Origin: an uncultured cyanobacterium
GTDB taxonomy: Bacteria; Cyanobacteriota; Cyanobacteriia; Pseudanabaenales; Pseudanabaenaceae
Assembly (NCBI GenBank): GCA_963703315.1
Contig: OY969811.1
Span: 4,480,001 to 4,544,000 of the forward strand
Length of the DNA: 64,000 nt
Direction of reading: 5' to 3'
The translations under genes were made by a program, and so were the position numbers. Below, in pieces: positions 21,528 through 31,341 of the stretch. How positions within the stretch are numbered: the first letter of the stretch is position 1; the number at the start of each line of letters is the position of its first letter. The notes under the pieces were generated by a model. That model saw nothing but the letters and a program-made list of their open reading frames with translations. It was not told the origin of the DNA and ran no database searches.

Positions 21528-21707
21528 ATGAATAGCACTTTTAGCCTTAAATCTAGTATTGCCTTGCTAGTTTTGAGTTTTGCTATGTTGGCAAATCCAA
21601 ACCAACCAACCAAATCAACATTAGCTGCACTCAGTGCTTACCAACCAGAGATCGCTGCCTCGGCTGTCGGAGCGATCGCCACCACTATGCAATATGAAAT
21701 TGTCTAG
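21528..21707 (+). CDS. Small putative secreted protein (59 aa)
   Basis: GGAGGA at 21514-21519, ATG 8 nt downstream, signal-peptide-like hydrophobic stretch. Confidence 0.45.
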   Translation: MNSTFSLKSSIALLVLSFAMLANPNQPTKSTLAALSAYQPEIAASAVGAIATTMQYEIV

Positions 21708-21866
21708 TGAGTTATCATCATCCTTAAACAAATAGAGGCGGCGCATTGCGCCGCCTCTATTTTTGTAACAAAGAGAGTTGCAGCGCATTGCGCTGCAACT
21801 CTCTTTGTTACAAAAAAGGTAGAATACTAGAGAAGTTTTTTTGGCTTTGATGAACAAGGGGCAATT

Positions 21867-23951
21867 TTGGAAAAAGGTACACTAGTCGAAGTGAAATTGC
21901 ATGGCGATCGCCGCCTTGTGGTAATTGATCGTCCTGAAGGCAAAAAGCATTTTCAAGCGATCGATCAAAATGGTAATACCCATACAATCCATCCCCGCGA
22001 GATTAACTACATCATTAAAGCCAGTGGTGAAAGCACAAGTTTTACGCCTACCCAAATCCCCTCATTTTTACAAAAAGTCGATAAATTTCTCGATCCTTCT
22101 AGCCTTGAAGTTGCTTGGGAAATTCTGATTGAAGATAGTCAAATAACTAGTCCTAACGATCTCGCGAATCTTCTCTTTTCAGAAATATCAGCAGTTACTT
22201 CCTACGCTTCCTATTGCTTATTAGCTAATGACAAGATTTACTTTAAGCAAAAGGGAGATTTGTACGAACCAAGATCGAGTTCACAAGTATTAGAACTCAA
22301 GCACCAAGCCGAAGCCGCCGCTCAACGCGCTAAGTTAATTGAAGAATTTCAGCAAAAGTTGACGACTAAGTTGTCAGGTGATGAGGTGACATGGACAACT
22401 AGCGATCGCAGTCGATTAGATTGTTTAGAACGCTATGCTCTGTATGGTGATGAAGCCTCAGATAAAGCGGCGGCTCAAGAACTTCTAAGTTTTGCCAAAC
22501 GTTCTAAAAATGAACAAGCGGCTTTTCAAATGCTCGTCGATCTAGGTATTTGGAGCGAACATGAAAATCTGAATTTACTTCGCAGTCAAATTCCCATTCG
22601 TTTTGCTAATGAGTTGATTGCCGCCGCCCAAGAATGTTTCACTGCACCAATTCCTGACAATATGGGAGACTTGCGGCGCGATCTAACGCACCTGCACGTT
22701 TATACAATTGATGATATTAGCACCACCGAAATTGATGATGGGCTGAGCATTGAAACCCTTGCTGATGGTCGCAAGCGCATCTGGGTGCATATTGCCGATC
22801 CGACCCGATGGCTCGATCCTGATAGTCCTCTCGACAAAGATGCTCGCAAGCGTGGTACGAGCGTTTATCTGCCTACAGGCGTGATCCCCATGTTTCCAAT
22901 TGAGTTGGCGGCGGGACCAATGAGTTTGATCGAGAATAAGGTCTGTCATGCGATGTCCTTTGCGGTTGATCTTGATGAAGTGGGAGCGATCGCCCATTAT
23001 GAAATAGTCGCAAGTTTAGTGAAGCCCAACTATCGCCTCACTTATGAAGATGTTGAAGAAATGCTGCAACTCGGTGTGGAGGATGATCTCGAACGTCTTG
23101 CTGATTTTGCCCGTTTGCGTAAAAAATGGCGCGTTGCTCAAGGTGCGATCGAAATTCACTTACCTGATACCAGTGTCAAAGTTGATTCTAAAAATGATGA
23201 TCGCCTGACTTTAGAATTAATGGAAGATACCTTCTCGCGTCAACTAGTCGCTGAGATGATGATCCTCGCAGGGGAAGTTGCTGCCAAATTTGCCCAAACC
23301 AATAATATTCCCATCCCCTATCGCTACCAAGAACAACCCGAATTGCCGCCTCTTGATACATTGATGCAATTGCCATCAGGTCCCGTGCGCGAGTTTGCGA
23401 TTTGTCGCTGTATGACTAAAGGTTCTCTAGGACTATATGCCTCTCGCCATGCAGGTTTGGGACTTGATGCTTACGCGCAGGTCACTTCACCAATTCGTCG
23501 TTATAGCGACTTGCTAGCCCATTGGCAAATCAAAGCTTTCTTGCGCGAAGAGCCTTTGCCCTTTACGGCGGAAATGCTGACGGCTATTTTGCAAGCGATC
23601 GATCCTGCGATTTGGGATGCCAATCAGGTCGAGAAGCAGTCGGTGCGTTATTGGAGCTTAGAATATTTGCGCCGTAACAAAGATGTGGTGTGGGAAGCAT
23701 TGATGCTGGATTGGTTGCGTGAAAATGAAAAGTTAGCGCTAGTGCTGATCGAAGATTTAGGTTTAAAGTTACCGATGCGAATCAATCGCCAAATTCAAGT
23801 TGGTGATACGCTGCGAATTAAAACTGGTGAAGTCGATCCCCGCAAAGATATTATTTATTTCCAAGAAGCTCAACAGTCAACTTCTATTTTAGAAATAGAA
23901 ATGGAACGAGATAGCGATCGCCTTGAATCTGAGTATGCAACTATTTCTTGA
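21867..23951 (+). CDS. rnb: Ribonuclease II/R family exoribonuclease
   Basis: TIDDISTTEIDDGLS, VHIAD, RGTSVYLP, TSPIRRYSDL. Confidence 0.92.
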   Translation: MEKGTLVEVKLHGDRRLVVIDRPEGKKHFQAIDQNGNTHTIHPREINYIIKASGESTSFTPTQIPSFLQKVDKFLDPSSLEVAWEILIEDSQITSPNDLANLLFSEISAVTSYASYCLLANDKIYFKQKGDLYEPRSSSQVLELKHQAEAAAQRAKLIEEFQQKLTTKLSGDEVTWTTSDRSRLDCLERYALYGDEASDKAAAQELLSFAKRSKNEQAAFQMLVDLGIWSEHENLNLLRSQIPIRFANELIAAAQECFTAPIPDNMGDLRRDLTHLHVYTIDDISTTEIDDGLSIETLADGRKRIWVHIADPTRWLDPDSPLDKDARKRGTSVYLPTGVIPMFPIELAAGPMSLIENKVCHAMSFAVDLDEVGAIAHYEIVASLVKPNYRLTYEDVEEMLQLGVEDDLERLADFARLRKKWRVAQGAIEIHLPDTSVKVDSKNDDRLTLELMEDTFSRQLVAEMMILAGEVAAKFAQTNNIPIPYRYQEQPELPPLDTLMQLPSGPVREFAICRCMTKGSLGLYASRHAGLGLDAYAQVTSPIRRYSDLLAHWQIKAFLREEPLPFTAEMLTAILQAIDPAIWDANQVEKQSVRYWSLEYLRRNKDVVWEALMLDWLRENEKLALVLIEDLGLKLPMRINRQIQVGDTLRIKTGEVDPRKDIIYFQEAQQSTSILEIEMERDSDRLESEYATIS

Positions 23952-24095
23952 TCACTTCAGCAAGAAAATTTTTAAAAGCGTTGCAAAGCAACGCTTTTAA
24001 AAATTTTCTTGGTTCGAGCTTGAGCGCAAAGCGCTGTAAATAGCTAACGCTTTTCTGCTAATCTGAGAACTGGTATCTACTATACAAAATGCATC

Positions 24096-25061
24096 ATGGC
24101 CGATCGCCAAATCCTGCTTGACTTTGAAAAGCCCATCGTTGAACTAGAAAATCGTATCGCCCAAATCCGCGAACTCGCGAATGAAAACGATGTCGATATG
24201 GTTGAGCAAATTCACCTTTTAGAGCAACGTGCCGAGCTTTTGCGGCGAGAAATTTTTTCAGGATTAGGCGCGATGCAACGGATGCAGATCGCCAGACATC
24301 CCCGCCGTCCTAGCACCCTTGACTATGTGCAGGCGATTACCGATGAGTGGATGGAGTTGCATGGCGATCGCCGAGGTAATGATGATCCAGCTTTAGTTGG
24401 TGGGCTTGCCCGCATTGGCGATCGCCCTGTGGTGATTTTGGGGCATCAAAAGGGACGTGATACTAAGGACAATATGACCCGCAACTTTGGCATGGCTTCC
24501 CCAGGGGGGTATCGCAAGGCGGCTCGACTAATGGATCATGCTAACCGTTTTAAATTGCCAATTATTACCTTAATTGATACCCCTGGGGCATATCCAGGGG
24601 TGTCGGCGGAGGAGCAAGGACAAGGTGAGGCGATCGCTGCAAATTTACGGCAAATGTTTGGACTAGGTGTGCCGATTATTTGTACCGTCATTGGTGAAGG
24701 CGGATCAGGTGGCGCTTTGGGGATCGGGATTGGCGATCACATCATGATGTTTGAAAACTCAGTCTATACAGTAGCGACACCTGAAGCTTGTGCCGCAATT
24801 TTATGGCGCGACTCGGCAAAGGCGGGTAAGGCTGCCGAAGCTTTAAAAATTACGGCTCCTGACTTGAAACGTTTAGGCATAGTCGATTATGTGATTGATG
24901 AGCCTCTCGGTGGGGCGCATCGTTTGCCATTACAAGCGGCTGAGAATCTGAAAGCTGCCCTAGTCGAAAATCTCGATCGCTTAAGTCAATTGCCTGTCGA
25001 AGATTTACAGGAGCTACGCTATCAAAAATTCCGCAAGATGGGCGTATTTCTCGAATCTTAA
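24096..25061 (+). CDS. accA: Acetyl-CoA carboxylase carboxyltransferase alpha subunit
   Basis: [31 protein letters not shown]. Confidence 0.97.
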   Translation: MADRQILLDFEKPIVELENRIAQIRELANENDVDMVEQIHLLEQRAELLRREIFSGLGAMQRMQIARHPRRPSTLDYVQAITDEWMELHGDRRGNDDPALVGGLARIGDRPVVILGHQKGRDTKDNMTRNFGMASPGGYRKAARLMDHANRFKLPIITLIDTPGAYPGVSAEEQGQGEAIAANLRQMFGLGVPIICTVIGEGGSGGALGIGIGDHIMMFENSVYTVATPEACAAILWRDSAKAGKAAEALKITAPDLKRLGIVDYVIDEPLGGAHRLPLQAAENLKAALVENLDRLSQLPVEDLQELRYQKFRKMGVFLES

Positions 25062-25111
25062 GCACTTTAACAAGAGAGTGACGGCGCGAAGCGCCGTCGC
25101 TCTCTTGTAGG

Positions 25112-26794
25112 TTATTGCAGGGGTAATTGCAAATGGGAAGGATAGTCAGCACTATAAAAAATTTGCTGTGTTGCCTCTACGAAATCAGTGACCTTTGCCT
25201 CTGATGGTAATTTCTGGGTATTAGAATGGCGCTCAATAATAGGGAATGCAGAACTAGCGATCGCCACGCCAATCCGATGTCCTTTCGTAAAATTCTGACA
25301 AGTCGCTCTTAACTTAATTCGGTATTCATTCACTACATCAGGTTCAATCCATTCAGGCTCAGTCCATGAATTACGGAACTTGGCTCGCAACACACCAATA
25401 GTTACTAACATTTGCTTACCATCAGGATAAATATCTAATAACTTCACTACCCAATCGGTATCGGGAGCTGTAGTGGCGGCATAGAGGATAAATTCGGGAA
25501 TACCTGCGATCGCTAGATCTTCTTCCATTACATCGCTTTGATAAACCAACACATCCCAACGTTGATGCACAGAACGCTGATCATAGAATCCTTGAGGTGT
25601 GGATGGATTAGGATTGCGAGGATCGTAGACGTAGATATCGGGTAGTTGGTGATTGGTGATTGGTAATTGGTTTTTTAGTTGCTTTTGAGCAGATAGATAG
25701 AAGTTCTGTGTAATTATATTTTGAAGGGGATTTTGCGGGAATTCTGGTAAATCTAGCCAGTGATTTTTGCCCATCAGGAAAAGATTCACAGGAGCGCGAT
25801 CGCTGATGCCATTCTCAATACCTTTGAGCCAAAAATCAAACCAATCAACTTGTAATTGATCAATTGTGGAAACTGCGGCTTCCCCAAAATCAATTTCTCC
25901 CACTTTTGGCAACCAAGGTAGATGCTGCCAAGGGGCGACAACTAAATGTTGAGGCTGTGAGGTGGCGGCTTTGGCTTGATGATAGGTGTTAATTGTTGCC
26001 TCGATAAACAGATCTGCCCATCCTGCAATATGCAAAGCTGGTAGATCAAAGCGATCGAAATAACTGAGAGGATTAAGTTTTTGCCAATATTGATCATTGG
26101 CTTGCTGATTGCCAATCCAATCAAAAAAGAACTCTCCAAATTCTTTGTTTTTAAATAGTTCTATTTCAGTCAATGGTGAAGTTTCTAACCATTTAGAGAC
26201 CTCCTTCTGAGCGTTAAAAAGTTGGGTTGCTTGCGGTTCTTTTTGTAAATACCACGCTCGATTTTGTGCTAGTTGCAAAGCCCAGCCCAAACTAAAATCA
26301 AGACATACCGCACCACCAAAATAGAACCATCCATGATATAAATCTGCCGTTGCCATACTCGGACAGATGGTAACTAGCCCTTGAGGTTGCTGTACTGCTG
26401 CCTGAAATTGTGTGACACCCTGATAGGAAAATCCATACATTCCCACCTTGCCACTACTACCTTCTAGTTCCTTCGCGCACCATTCTACTGTGTCAAAACC
26501 ATCGTCATACTCATTCCGAAATGGATAGAACTCTCCTTCGGAAGTGCCGCAACCACGCACATCCTGAATTACCACGATATAGCCTTGATGGGCGTACCAA
26601 CTAGGATGAGCATAAGTACAAGTAGAGGCGATCGCTCGACCATAGGGTAGGCGCATTAGCAGCACGGGCAGAGGATGATCAACACCTTTCGGACGATAAA
26701 TATCTGCCGTCAAGTTGGTGCGATCGCGCATGGGGATTTTGACTTGACGCTGCACATTGACTTGAGAATGGAACGCCGTTAATTTAGGAGGCAT
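25112..26794 (-). CDS. CocE/NonD family hydrolase
   Basis: RLPYG, QDVRG, GFSYQG nucleophile elbow, GWAD, PWQH; start uncertain (26794 or 26842). Confidence 0.88.
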   Translation of the reverse strand: MPPKLTAFHSQVNVQRQVKIPMRDRTNLTADIYRPKGVDHPLPVLLMRLPYGRAIASTCTYAHPSWYAHQGYIVVIQDVRGCGTSEGEFYPFRNEYDDGFDTVEWCAKELEGSSGKVGMYGFSYQGVTQFQAAVQQPQGLVTICPSMATADLYHGWFYFGGAVCLDFSLGWALQLAQNRAWYLQKEPQATQLFNAQKEVSKWLETSPLTEIELFKNKEFGEFFFDWIGNQQANDQYWQKLNPLSYFDRFDLPALHIAGWADLFIEATINTYHQAKAATSQPQHLVVAPWQHLPWLPKVGEIDFGEAAVSTIDQLQVDWFDFWLKGIENGISDRAPVNLFLMGKNHWLDLPEFPQNPLQNIITQNFYLSAQKQLKNQLPITNHQLPDIYVYDPRNPNPSTPQGFYDQRSVHQRWDVLVYQSDVMEEDLAIAGIPEFILYAATTAPDTDWVVKLLDIYPDGKQMLVTIGVLRAKFRNSWTEPEWIEPDVVNEYRIKLRATCQNFTKGHRIGVAIASSAFPIIERHSNTQKLPSEAKVTDFVEATQQIFYSADYPSHLQLPLQ

Positions 26795-26851
26795 AAAAAA
26801 TATTGTTGAAGAATTTTTCTTTTTTGAGTGAGCTTTGCTCACTCAAAAAGT

Positions 26852-27037
26852 TTAATTTTGTTGCCAGTCTGGGAAGACCTTTCTGATTTCGATGAGCAGA
26901 TCATCAAGTTCTTCTAAAGCTTGAATGACATCGATGCTCAATGTACCCAAATTATCCTTGAGAGACAATTGCACCAGTAATTCACGCTTGCTAGCGATCG
27001 CCACAAATCTTTCTTTGAGAGTTTCAGGAGTTAACAT
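26852..27037 (-). CDS. Small hypothetical protein
   Basis: 61-aa helical ORF co-oriented between cysK and the CocE-family gene. Confidence 0.55.
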   Translation of the reverse strand: MLTPETLKERFVAIASKRELLVQLSLKDNLGTLSIDVIQALEELDDLLIEIRKVFPDWQQN

Positions 27038-27125
27038 ATCAAGTAGTTTTGTAAATTGTTTTAATTAGGACTTACGCAAAAGAACGAAATGTAAGAGCAA
27101 TTCATGAATTGCCCTTACATTACAG

Positions 27126-28079
27126 CTAGCTAAGTGCCAATAGTTCAGGATCTTGGAACAGCGCCGTACTCAGGTAACGTTCGCCAAAACTAGGTTGAAT
27201 CATCACGATCATTTTACCTGCATTCTCTGGACGTTTAGCAATTTGGATTGCGGCATAAAGCGCTGCGCCACTAGAAATTCCTGAAAGCAAGCCTTCTTCT
27301 CTAGCTAGTCTGCGTCCGTAGATGATCGCCTGTTCATCGGTGACAGGAATAACTTCATCAATCAATTCCGTTTTCAAAACTTCAGGCACAAATCCCGCAC
27401 CGATACCTTGAATTTTGTGAGGACCTGGGCGACTACCCGCTAATACTTGACTGTTGGCTGGTTCGACAGCGATCGCCTTAAACTCTGGCTTGCGTGCTTT
27501 AATTACTTCCGCAACCCCTGTAATCGTACCGCCAGTTCCCACACCCGAAATTAAGAAATCAACCTGTCCATCGGTATCTTCCCAAATCTCTTCGGCTGTA
27601 GTTTTACGATGAATAGAAGGATTAGAAGGATTACGAAACTGTTGCAGCATATAGGCATCAGGAGTACTTTCGGTAATTTCCTTAGCGCGACGGATTGCCC
27701 CCCCCATGCCTTCGCTACCTGTAGTTAGTTCCAGTTCGGCTCCATAGGCGCGTAACATCGATCGCCTCTCAATGCTCATCGTTTCAGGCATAGTCAGGAT
27801 CAATCGATATCCCTTAGCCGCAGCGACCATCGCCAAAGCAATGCCTGTATTGCCCGAAGTTGGCTCTACCAAAATCGTTTTATTCGGTGCAATTAAGCCC
27901 TGATCCTCTGCTTCTTGGATCATGTTTACGCCGATGCGATCTTTAACAGATGCGGCAGGATTCATGCTTTCCAGTTTGACGATAATTCTTGCCACACACC
28001 CTTCAGCCTTAGGAATGCGTTGCAATTCAACTAGGGGCGTACGACCGACTAATTCTGTAATATTATTGGCAATTTTCAT
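27126..28079 (-). CDS. cysK: Cysteine synthase A
   Basis: [11 protein letters not shown] (PLP lysine), PTSGNTG, GVGTGGT, HKIQGIG. Confidence 0.97.
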   Translation of the reverse strand: MKIANNITELVGRTPLVELQRIPKAEGCVARIIVKLESMNPAASVKDRIGVNMIQEAEDQGLIAPNKTILVEPTSGNTGIALAMVAAAKGYRLILTMPETMSIERRSMLRAYGAELELTTGSEGMGGAIRRAKEITESTPDAYMLQQFRNPSNPSIHRKTTAEEIWEDTDGQVDFLISGVGTGGTITGVAEVIKARKPEFKAIAVEPANSQVLAGSRPGPHKIQGIGAGFVPEVLKTELIDEVIPVTDEQAIIYGRRLAREEGLLSGISSGAALYAAIQIAKRPENAGKMIVMIQPSFGERYLSTALFQDPELLALS

Positions 28080-28286
28080 AGATAAAAGCTTAAATGATTG
28101 CGGGTAAATGAGCTTGTAGTCAACTTTAGAGCATTTTTGATGTCTTGGAAAATTAGCGATCGCCACTTTTATGCCCCAAAAGCTACACACACTAACTCTT
28201 TTCGGCTTTAATAGGGATATTGCGATCGCAAAAAATTTTCACAACATCATCACAAACTTATTAATTAACCATTAAGTAACTTAATT

Positions 28287-28694
28287 ATGGCTGCTACTTT
28301 AAAAGATTTTTTAGAAGAATGTCACACTCTCGGCTTAGTCCGCCTGATCGTCACCAGTGATGCGGGTGTGCTGGAAGCAAGGGTAAATATCGAGAAGCTA
28401 TTTTACGCGGAACTCCCCAAGGGCAAGTATGCGAATATGCATTCCGAACACATCGAGTTTCACCTAAACATGGACAAAATTACCGATGTCCGCTTTGAAA
28501 CCGCCGAAGCCAAACGCGGCAATTTCACCACCTACGCCGTCCGTTTCCTCGATGCCAATGACAAGCCCCAAATGAGTGCTTTCCTACAATGGGGTAAACC
28601 AGGGGAATATGCTGAAGGTCAAGTCGAAGCATGGGCTGCCCTCAAAGACAAGTACGGCGAAACTTGGAAGCCTGAGCCTGTTGAGAGTATATAA
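28287..28694 (+). CDS. ChuX/HutX-like putative haem-binding protein
   Basis: LGLVRLIV, GKYANM, EFHL motifs recalled from cyanobacterial HutX-like proteins. Confidence 0.6.
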   Translation: MAATLKDFLEECHTLGLVRLIVTSDAGVLEARVNIEKLFYAELPKGKYANMHSEHIEFHLNMDKITDVRFETAEAKRGNFTTYAVRFLDANDKPQMSAFLQWGKPGEYAEGQVEAWAALKDKYGETWKPEPVESI

Positions 28695-28741
28695 ATATTT
28701 TTGAGATGATTGGTAAAAATACCCAGAGCTATTAAATTCTC

Positions 28742-30043
28742 ATGAAAATACTAAGGGAAATAAGTCGTGGTGGTTTTGGTCGAGTTGAGCTAGTTGAATT
28801 AGATACAAGTAGTATTGTTGCTAGAAAAGTATTTGATCCTGTTCCTAGTATTTTAGACGCATCTGAACTACCAAAGTTGAAAAAGCGATTTCAAAGAGAA
28901 GTCAAAGTCCAAAAGTCACTAAGTAGTGATTATTTTATGTCAGTTCTTGATGCTGATCTTGATGCTGAAACCCCTTGGTTTACTATGCCACTTGCAGATC
29001 GAAACCTTTCGGAAGAACTAGAGGAATCTCGTAAAAATGGTAATATCCCTCTAGAAGCATTGTCAGACATTCTAAATGCGCTAGAAGAACTTCATTCACT
29101 CGGCTATGTTCATCGCGATCTTAAGCCTCAAAACATCCTTTTTCATGAAAATCGTTGGAAGTTATCAGATTTTGGTTTAGTACTTCCTGTTTCAGGTGCT
29201 ACTACCAAATTGACATCTATTGATTCATCTTGGGGAACTATGGGCTACTGTGCTCCAGAACAGGCTGAAGACTTTCGTAATGCTACACCCAGCGTAGATA
29301 TTTATGCTTTTGGGTGCATACTACATGATCTATTTGCAGGATTTCCTCGTGTACCTTATCAACGTTATACAATACAACATCCTGTAGGCATGATAATTGA
29401 AAAATGTACAGAGATAGAACCCAAAAAGCGATTTAAAAATATTACTTCACTACGCGGTACACTTCTCAAGCTATTATCAGAATCGCAAAGTCTTACTCCT
29501 AGCCCTAGTGCTACAGAATGGGAAGGAAAACTGCAAAATCTATCTAATTGGAATATTCAACAATTAGAAGATTTTGCAAGATTTATGAAATCAACTCAAG
29601 ATGAATCTGATTTGTGGGTTGTATGTCGGGCAATTGATGAAGAAGTTTTGCGTACTCTCTGCTCAATAGATAGAGAACTTTGGCAATTAATAGCTCTAGG
29701 ATATTGTGATTGGTCACATGGCTCATTTAACTTCGACTACTGCGATGTGATTATCAGGAGATTGGAAGTGATTTTTGAGTTAGGCAATCTTGATGTCAAA
29801 TCATCTGCTGCTATAGCAAGTGCCACTTTAGGGTGGTCTCATCATCGCTGGTTTGTCATGGGAAAAGTTCTATTTATGCTGGGTGCAAATTTAGATAATT
29901 TGGTAGCACAGCGAATTGCAATAGAAATAAGTGTCGAAGAAGTTTACAAACAATTTATTTCTTGTGCAGAGTTTCTCAAACGAAGTGTCAATGATTACCA
30001 CCCTCAAATTGCTGAAGTTTTGATTGAGTATCAAAAAAAATAG
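28742..30043 (+). CDS. Soluble Hanks-type Ser/Thr protein kinase with unknown helical C-terminal domain
   Basis: RGGFGRV, ARK, HRDLKPQN, SDFG, GTMGYCAPEQ, DIYAFG; no TM segment seen. Confidence 0.9.
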   Translation: MKILREISRGGFGRVELVELDTSSIVARKVFDPVPSILDASELPKLKKRFQREVKVQKSLSSDYFMSVLDADLDAETPWFTMPLADRNLSEELEESRKNGNIPLEALSDILNALEELHSLGYVHRDLKPQNILFHENRWKLSDFGLVLPVSGATTKLTSIDSSWGTMGYCAPEQAEDFRNATPSVDIYAFGCILHDLFAGFPRVPYQRYTIQHPVGMIIEKCTEIEPKKRFKNITSLRGTLLKLLSESQSLTPSPSATEWEGKLQNLSNWNIQQLEDFARFMKSTQDESDLWVVCRAIDEEVLRTLCSIDRELWQLIALGYCDWSHGSFNFDYCDVIIRRLEVIFELGNLDVKSSAAIASATLGWSHHRWFVMGKVLFMLGANLDNLVAQRIAIEISVEEVYKQFISCAEFLKRSVNDYHPQIAEVLIEYQKK

Positions 30044-30102
30044 TTGTCTTCTAGTTGCATTTCAGTAAAACATCTTAAATCCTTAAAAGATTAAGATACC
30101 AA

Positions 30103-30219
30103 TTTGATTTTTGTGGAGTAGCGATCATGATGTTTTGGGTGTTGAGGAGGCGATCTCTGTTTGATTTTCATGAAGTGGCGATCGCGATTTTGGGTGTTGA
30201 GGGGGCGATCGCTGTTTGA
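30103..30219 (+). repeat. HIP1-punctuated cassette-junction repeat R1
   Basis: TTTGATTTTTGTGGAGTA-GCGATCAT-GATGTTTTGGGTGTTGAGGAG-GCGATCTC-TGTTTGATTTTCATGAAGTG-GCGATCGC-GATTTTGGGTGTTGAGGGG-GCGATCGC-TGTTTGA. Confidence 0.9.
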
Positions 30220-30237
30220 ATATTGTAAAATCAAATA

Positions 30238-30471
30238 ATGGGTAAGAAAGAAAAACTACTTGAACTCCTAAAAAACAGTCCCAACAATGTGACGTTTGGC
30301 GATATTCGTAAACTTTTAGAGCTAGAAGGTTTTGACTTGGATAGAATTACAGGTAGTCATCATATTTTCAAAAGAGATGAAGTAGTTCTAGTCATCCCAG
30401 TCCACAACAACCGAGTCAAGTCTGTATATGTTAAAAGAGTTGTAGAACTTATTGAAGGAGAACAATCATGA
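30238..30471 (+). CDS. hicA: HicA family toxin
   Basis: 77 aa, RITGSHHIF, IPVH; ATGA overlap with hicB. Confidence 0.88.
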   Translation: MGKKEKLLELLKNSPNNVTFGDIRKLLELEGFDLDRITGSHHIFKRDEVVLVIPVHNNRVKSVYVKRVVELIEGEQS

Positions 30472-30695
30472 AATATCCAATAGTGATTTATCCATGTGAA
30501 GAAGGTGGTTTTGTAGCTGAAATTCCTGCTTTAAAAGGATGTTTAGCTCAAGGTGAAACCCTAGAAGAAACCTTGCAAGAGTTAATTACAGTAAGAACTT
30601 TGTGGCTAGAGACAGCCCAAAAGCATGGTCAAAAACTTCCAGATGAAAGTAAGGCGATCGCTAGAGTAAAAGCATTAAGTGCGATCGCTGTTTGA
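30468..30695 (+). CDS. hicB: HicB family antitoxin (short form)
   Basis: EEGGFVAEIPALKGCLAQGETLEE; last codons AIAV* are supplied by the junction repeat. Confidence 0.88.
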   Translation: MKYPIVIYPCEEGGFVAEIPALKGCLAQGETLEETLQELITVRTLWLETAQKHGQKLPDESKAIARVKALSAIAV

Positions 30696-30742
30696 TTTTT
30701 GTGAAGTAGCGATCGCGATTTTGGGTGTTGAGGGGGCGGGCT
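30681..30742 (+). repeat. HIP1-punctuated cassette-junction repeat R2
   Basis: GCGATCGC-TGTTTGATTTTTGTGAAGTA-GCGATCGC-GATTTTGGGTGTTGAGGGG-GCG. Confidence 0.9.
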
Positions 30743-30804
30743 GTGTTAACAAAGTGACTCAATTGTTATAATCATTTCTACAACATGATTAAGTTCTAAT
30801 CCTA

Positions 30805-31020
30805 ATGTCAATAACCCTAGAAGAAAGAGTCGCAATCCTAGAAGCTGAAATATCCCTGATTAAGAACAAAGTGGAAAGTCCAACTGTCACAGTAAAACCT
30901 TGGTGGGAGCAAATCACGGGAACATTTGCTGACAGCCCAGACTATGACAAAGCCATGCAACTAGGCAAAAAATACCGTGAGTCATTGCGTAAGACATCAA
31001 CAAAGTCCCGCAAAAAATAG
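30805..31020 (+). CDS. Putative antitoxin partner of VapC
   Basis: 71 aa, LEERVAILE...PWWEQITGTF; stop abuts the PIN-domain toxin start. Confidence 0.7.
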   Translation: MSITLEERVAILEAEISLIKNKVESPTVTVKPWWEQITGTFADSPDYDKAMQLGKKYRESLRKTSTKSRKK

Positions 31021-31341
31021 ATGTACATACTCGATACAGACCATCTCAGCGTATTAGATCGTGGTGGGACTACTGCTCAGCGTCTTCTTACTCGATTAGC
31101 AAAAGTCAATCCTAATCAAGTCTCAGCAACCATCATCAGCTACGAAGAACAGACAAGAGGGTGGTTAAGCCACATTTCCAAAGCACGCAATCTTGAAGCG
31201 CAAGTTGAAATTTACAAACAACTTAAAAGACAAATTAATAATTACTGCACTATTCCAATAATTGATTTTGATATAGAAGCCGCAAATGAATTCCAACGAA
31301 TCAGAAAGTTATACCCTCGCCTCGGCACAATGGACTTAAAA

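Noticed and set aside
21353..21535. 60-aa ORF starting in a hairpin repeat
   Set aside because: The start lies inside a MITE-like palindrome; likely spurious.
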